Shown: positions 57,756 to 64,000 of the stretch, piece by piece
Layout: each line of letters begins with the position of its first letter
Position numbering within the stretch: position 1 is the stretch's first letter
From: Chrysomallon squamiferum
Lineage: Eukaryota; Animalia; Mollusca
Assembly (NCBI GenBank): GCA_012295275.1
Contig: CM022665.1
Location: forward strand, 41,478,001 to 41,542,000
Length of the DNA: 64,000 nucleotides
Direction: 5' to 3'
The notes under the pieces: model-generated
Told to the model about the DNA's origin: nothing
The model's input: the letters and a program-made list of their open reading frames with translations, nothing else
Databases searched by the model: none
Made by a program: the position numbers and the translations under genes

Positions 57756-58166
57756 GTTAGTATATTAAAATAAAAAAAAAAATATATATATATATTTTTT
57801 TTTTTATTAACAGACACTTTTAATTTTTTTTTTTTTTTTTCATCTTTTTAAGAATTTTATTTTGTCATTATTATTGTTATTATTGTTGTTGCTGTCATTA
57901 TTATTTAGTATTATTTGACTGACACATAAAATGATTCACCATTAAATACCATACTTATTTTAAATAAAATGCATTTATGCATTTAAATTAACATCTTTTA
58001 CATTTTAGCATTATTTTGTTAGCAAAAATAATATGTATTTTTTTAAATCTAAAACTATATTTTGTAAAATTGTTATTATTCTGTGAAATAATTAATTTCT
58101 TACATTTTTCTTCTTCTTTTTGCTGTTATTGTTGTTATTGTTGTTGTTATTATAATATAATTTAAG

Positions 58167-58304
58167 ATGAGTCCAGGAAGATTTATCCCGGCAAGCAAAC
58201 TGGACTCCACACAGCAGTCAGGGGAAAATGTTAGTTTCAAAAACAGCCAACAGGTGGCGCTGGGTACTGTTACAGGTGCTATATACATACTGTATAACTT
58301 TGCT
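58167..58304 (+). CDS. Beta-propeller protein exon 6
   Basis: MSPGRF...QVALGTVTGAIYIL. ttaag/gtaagt, phase 0/0. Confidence 0.85.
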
Positions 58305-58825
58305 GTAAGTATATGGCAACAGCTTTCTTTAATTACTTTTCAGTTAAAAAAACAAAAATTAACTTTGGCAATTTTTAATATATTTTTAATTCCCCACACA
58401 TCTGTCATTAAACAAGCAGATCCATGCACACACCCAATACACACATAAAAATACATACATACATACATACACATGCCCCCATAAATACAAGCACACAGAG
58501 ATCTGTAGATATACATATACCAGCACATATCTTTTACTCTTAACATTTGTAGCATATACTCATAATATTGTCTTTCAGTTCTTAGTTCATAAAGAAAAAA
58601 TTTCTTTGCTTAGCACCTAAATAATCTATAGTAATAATGATATTGGTTATAATTATTATTGTTGTCATGATCATTATGATTATTATTTTCATCATCATCA
58701 TCATCATCATTATTATCATTATCATTATCATCATCATCATAATCATAATTATTAGTATTACAGTTACCATCACGTCATTATTATCATAACTATTAACACC
58801 ATCATCATCATTCTCACATTTATCA

Positions 58826-58876
<51 letters not shown>

Positions 58877-58885
58877 TTGCTCCAG

Positions 58886-59020
58886 GTCACAATGGATGAG
58901 TTCACACATGCACTGAGTCCAGTCACTCGCCTGGCTACAGTTCTGCAGCCTGATGCTGACACAGATATTCTTGTGTGTGCAGGACATTTCAATGCTGTCA
59001 CCTTCTACCAAGACGGAAAG
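58886..59020 (+). CDS. Beta-propeller protein exon 7
   Basis: VTMDEF...DILVCAGHFNAVTFYQDGK. tccag/gtttat, phase 0/0. Confidence 0.85.
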
Positions 59021-59683
59021 GTTTATGTTGAATTTTAATTTTAATTTGGTTTGAGCAGTGGATGTTTTATGTTACTTACGTTATTTTTGTATACTGTGTT
59101 ACTGTGCATGTACGATTTCAAAAAGTGATTGATTTACAAGCTGACTTCTTGGTCTTGCAGTCTGTCAAATTGTATTTCAAATTCCAATCAAAGCAAAGTC
59201 TTATTTTGTAGTTTTATAGTCCATACCAGTATCTATACCGTGATTATTTGATAATTCTTGTAACATTCTATTTCTTTATAATTCACATCTCACAGTCCAT
59301 GCCACTTTCTGTCTCACAATCAGGAATATATTCTTAATACTGTCTCTCAGTTCTTAGTTCAAGTTATTTACTTAATTAAAAAACACACACACACACACAC
59401 ATATAATATACACATACATACAAACACACACTCACACACAGTTCATCAAGTTATATATATATAATTCATCAACTAATTAATTAAATAATTAAATATGTGT
59501 ACATACATGTATATATACTTTTTGATTTACTGTATCATATAGATAAATCTTAATACAGCTTCATTATATTACTACTCCTTCATTTTTTTTTTTAATGAGA
59601 ATATTCTGGAAAAATGTTTTTATTAAATGCGTTGGAGTTATATTAAAAAACTGAATTTTGACAAATCTTTATTCATTTTTCAG

Positions 59684-59815
59684 ATGATTTCATCATATAC
59701 GACTGACGACTGGGTGAACACCATTGACGTGGCAGATCTTGATGATGATGGTGTTGAAGAAGTTGTTATTGGCTGTTTAAACAACAGCATTCATGCAGTG
59801 AAAATACCAACATGA
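59684..59815 (+). CDS. Beta-propeller protein last exon
   Basis: MISSYTTDDWVNTIDVADLDDDGVEEVVIGCLNNSIHAVKIPT* contains an FG-GAP/VCBS-like D-L-D-x-D-G-x-x-E-x-x-x-G loop. AATAAA follows at ~59830. Confidence 0.87.
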   Translation: MISSYTTDDWVNTIDVADLDDDGVEEVVIGCLNNSIHAVKIPT

Positions 59816-61805
59816 TTTTTATGTTGGGCAATAAAAATTAAGAGATATGTGTCTTCTAAGAAGACAAAGAATTTGATAATCTTCAGGACAAAAACTGAGG
59901 ACATTTTTCCACTGAGATCTTTTGTCTTTGATATCTTCTATGTTCCTGTTTTCATGGCTATCATCATCTCAGGAACACACACACAGTAAATGATGTTCAA
60001 CATCTTCTGGATGTCATCAGTAGGTCTGCAGATATTGTAGAATTTTTTTATTTTTTTTATTTTCCCACATTCAAAAGTTGTTGAATTTTGAACAGTAAAA
60101 TGAAAAATCATTTATTTTTACTTTTAACATTTTCATCATGGAAGAATGTATTGAGTCTGTCTTATGTATGTGTGTGTATGTGTCCTATATTAAAATAATG
60201 ACAGTAAGTTTTATGAAGGCTTTGTTTCAGTCTGTTAGTAGGTTTGTGTGAAGATTAAACTGGTGATAAACCACAGATTGGATTGTGTCTAATTTAATTA
60301 AGTACCAAAAAAATAACGATATTTTCGTCCAGACAAAAGAAAACCATGAAATAAGAAGACCGAAATACATATGCTCATTCTTTGACGCATTTTTGTAGAA
60401 CTCAGTCTGATACAGTTTGTTTTTCATTAGACGCCACACACGGTTTCTAGTTATAATTTTTCTTTCATTAGAAGTTTAAAACAACTTAGTCATTTATATT
60501 TTTAAAAAGTGCAAAAACCAAATATAAAATAAACAAGTGTAGAAATGGAGATTTGTAAGTAAAAAAGCATAATCAAAAAATATAAATAATGAATTATTGT
60601 ATTACAACAAACAACTGTAGACTTTGAATTTTATTTTGTAAACTGCAATAATAAAAATTAACAAAACCAAACAAAGTAATGTCTCATACCCAATAAATTG
60701 CACTTCACACAAGCCACTTAAAATTGCAGAATCAAGATTTGGAATGAATAAATTGTGAAATTTTATGATGGTAATGACAAAACTTTTTCTTCAACATAAG
60801 CAAAAGATATTAAGTAATGAAACTGACATTTAATTATTACATCCATAAGAAAACGTAATTTTTAAGAACATTAATTAGCATAAATTGTTAAATGCATAAT
60901 GTGATAAAATGGTTAAAATCTAAAAGCTTATATTGGAAAGGCTAGGTGTTTATTTTAATTTTCGACAGTTGTGTTTTGCTGTAACATTACTTGTGATGTG
61001 TATCTGTTAAAATATCAGATAATGACATGACATACAAGTAATATTCATCTTCAACAAAACTACACTAATAGCATTAGACATGTAATATGATGTCATTTAG
61101 GATTCTATCTTTTAAGTAGCAATCTTGAAACAGTTCCCCCCAAAATAAATCCACTTTCAACAATATCAATTGAATTACTTAAGAATTTGGGTAAATATCA
61201 GTGAAATAAAAACTTGTGAAAGCATGTGAAAAAAAAAATCCCTAAAAGTTGTTAGGATGAAAGATGTAACATAAAGTTAGCCAAGCAAGGGTGATTCAGT
61301 TTGAAAAACATTCATTGATGTAAATACTTGGACGGCCACAAATCATATAAGCAAATGTGATACACATCTGATAACATCATATTTAGTGGCATCAAAATTT
61401 TAAAATCTTGCTTCAAGTCTTCTTCAGTTACAAACATTTAAAGATTTGCATTCTTTACTGTCACAAATCAGTTTTTCTTAATTAATTTTTTTTATTAGAC
61501 CTATTACTTCCCTTGTTATTTCCACCAAAAATATCCCCCAATATCAACATCAACATTCTAAACTGAAGCAAACAAATTAGCTTTTTGAATATATTGGTAA
61601 ATGCTTATAAATTACAAGCTGTTGTGCAAAACTTACACATTTCAAAACTTTATTTTTTATTTTACGCCATAATATTTGTTTTTTTTATTATGGCTCCTTT
61701 CTGTTGAGATTCCATCTTGTAATCTCTCCAAGACTGATATATTTTAGCGTTTTTTTTTTAAAATAAATAAACCAAATTTTAAAATAATTTTATTACTTTC
61801 TATTA

Positions 61806-61940
61806 TTAATCCATGGTAAATATCCTTGAAGCAATGTCATTGATAATCCAGTCAATGCCCTCCAGAAGGTTTTCACCAGTTACAGCACTGCAATCTTGGA
61901 TTTTCCAGTGGTGAGTCTTAATTTTGTCAAGTTCTAGAGC
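61806..61940 (-). CDS. ARL2: ADP-ribosylation factor-like 2, last exon
   Basis: [44 protein letters not shown] matches the ARL2 C-terminus. Confidence 0.96.
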   Translation of the reverse strand, partial: ALELDKIKTHHWKIQDCSAVTGENLLEGIDWIINDIASRIFTMD

Positions 61941-62743
61941 CTGGAAGAAAAAATAAAAAAAATATAATAAGGATAAAAGGAATTAAAAGAAAAAATTAAA
62001 TATTAATAATTGTTATCATCACCTGTAGTAGTTTTCTGCATTCTTCATGAAAATTGCATATTAGTATGTAAAAGATTAAAATAAATTATAAAACCCACAT
62101 CTGCATCATACCACTAGTCTGAATTATAGATGGATAGATGGATAACAATTTTTATACTGAAATGCCTTGTCTTTAGTTAAAGGGAAATAACTGGTAATAT
62201 TGCTAAAAAGTTTTTAATATTTAACAATGATCAGTAACAAAATGGTAACTGTTAAGAAAGCAATATTAATTCATCAACATCTGGATATTATTTTAGAAAA
62301 TTTGTTCTCAACTGATTACAGAAGAGTTTCCTGTGAACCATATACTCAGTGACATAAAATATTTTTAACAGTCCAGTCATTTGTACGTGTGGGTTTTCCC
62401 TCCAAATAAGCAGCTTGATTTCTTTTCAATAATTATTAGCTGGTTAGACTTTTTAATCAATTTTGAACAAGTACTGAAACACCTGTATAAATAATAGGTG
62501 AACAAAAATACTTAATAAAAATTCTGGATTTATCATAAAACATTAAGAAGAAGGTTCTAACTTGAATGAACAGACTTAATACTTGTCATTTTCTATTGTT
62601 TTTTTTTTTTTTTATTATAATTATTTTTTTTATTTGATTCACTTTATTTCTTTCTTTATATTTTATTAAATAAGAACAATACAGTTTATTTTTACACAAG
62701 AACTGACCATTACGTAAAAAAATAATAATACTAATCTGCTTAC

Positions 62744-62824
62744 AGCTTTGATTTCATCGCCTCGGAGAGAACCTGGTAAATCTTGTTTGTTTGCAAAAAC
62801 TAAAAGTGTGGCACCAGCCAGTCT
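62744..62824 (-). CDS. ARL2: ARL2 internal exon
   Basis: RLAGATLLVFANKQDLPGSL... contains the G4 NKQD motif. tttcag/gtaagc. Confidence 0.96.
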
Positions 62825-63268
62825 CTGAAATATTAATTTAAAAAAAAGTAATATTTTATTAATAATTACAGTCAGAAAGGTTTAATACAGAAACTGTCAC
62901 TTAAAATGTGCAGTGCAAATAGAATTACAAAATCGTAATTTTAAAGAAAGAAAAAAATTGTTTAATAAGCACCAAATAAATTATTACTAGGAATGTTTGA
63001 AATCTGGAAAATGCTAAATAACAGATGTTTTCATTTCAAATGTCAGTTCAATTCAATTGTTAATTTTTTTTAAATTTCAATTTTTCCACAGAATATATAG
63101 TTTGTAATTGGTTTTCAAAATGTCAAAATGTCATTACGAAAAAGCAAAAAAGCCATAAAACAAATATAAGCATAGACATATTAACACATGCATTTTTATG
63201 TGTATGTGTGTGTGTGTGTGTGTGTGTGTACACACACATATATATGAAGTGTAATCTACTACTTATAC

Positions 63269-63431
63269 CTCTTCTACAAGAAGAACCTGCAGTTCCTGTT
63301 TGCAATCTTGAAGTCTCATTCTATCTGCACTATCAACAACCCAAATCAAACCATCAGTGGATTCAAAGTAGTTTCTCCAGTATGATCGAAGAGATTTCTG
63401 ACCACCAACGTCCCATATGTTCAATTTGTAC
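63269..63431 (-). CDS. ARL2: ARL2 internal exon (upstream exons lie beyond the window)
   Basis: [36 protein letters not shown]... is near-identical to ARL2 (G3 WDVGGQ). ttttag/gtataa. Confidence 0.97.
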
Positions 63432-63499
63432 CTAAAAGAAGAATTTTTTTTATTTCAGTTATTAATGACGTTCAGGTTATTGAATAACTTCAAACGGTT

Positions 63500-63780
63500 A
63501 ATTTGTATCTAAATGAAAAAAATAACATTTTCTTATTTTCCTTTCTGAAAATTACAATAAAATATGTCTGGATTATCAAATAATATTTATATTTTTCAAT
63601 TTATATCTAAATGAAAAACTGTATTTTGTTATTTTCTTTTTGGAATATAAATTATGATATATATCTATATGATCAAAAAGTTTCAAATATTTAATTTGTA
63701 TCTAAATCAAGAACTGCATTTTTTTTTTGTTAGTGGATATTTGAAAATAAATTATAACATCTAGATTATCAAATAATTTT
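63500..63780. repeat. AT-rich tandem repeat of ~95-100 bp, about three copies, related to 56600-56800
   Basis: tatctaaat.aa.aa...catt / gaaaatt...ataaaatat / gattatcaaataat recur at ~63506, ~63602 and ~63699, and also at ~56610-56790. Confidence 0.7.
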
Positions 63781-64000
63781 AAATAGTTAATATGTATGAA
63801 AAATCAGATTTCATACTTTTCTTTGTTACTCCCTGAATAATTCTAAATATTTTGAATTTAAATTAAAAAAAAAAAAAAAAATATATATATTTCATCAATT
63901 GAGGGTCTTACAGTTAATTCAATGTCTTTAGTTCAAATCTAACGTAGGAAAATCTCCTTTATTAATGAAATATTGATTATTTGTAGATAATTAAAGTACT

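Overview
Eukaryotic, AT-rich, microsatellite-dense genomic DNA with GT-AG introns. It looks like an invertebrate animal, probably a mollusc (inferred, not proven). Five protein-coding genes were reconstructed by hand: the 3' part of CPSF2 (+, ~102-5241), a two-exon MAD2L1BP/p31comet (-, 8099-9512), a giant/CES-2-like PAR-bZIP transcription factor (-, 48237-49005, with a probable short non-coding first exon near 50176-50211), an uncharacterised 8-exon 359-aa beta-propeller protein with an FG-GAP-like motif (+, 55446-59815), and the last three exons of ARL2 (-, 61806-63431). A decayed non-LTR retrotransposon 3' end lies at ~24.1-25.1 kb. Two observations stand out. (1) The bZIP gene is split across two overlapping reading frames: the ATG/ALDLS N-terminus is out of frame with the RPFK/bZIP part, and its frame stops right at a (UC)n-UGA tract. 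(2) About 38 kb of gene-free sequence downstream of the bZIP gene, plus ~3 kb upstream, is organised as roughly 25 CpG-rich islands separated by simple-repeat spacers. These islands carry many PAR-bZIP (D-box-like) sites, nuclear-receptor elements (DR1, DR2, DR4, ERE-type IR3) and E-boxes, suggesting a large, possibly autoregulatory enhancer landscape. Most ORFs in the supplied track are microsatellite artefacts.
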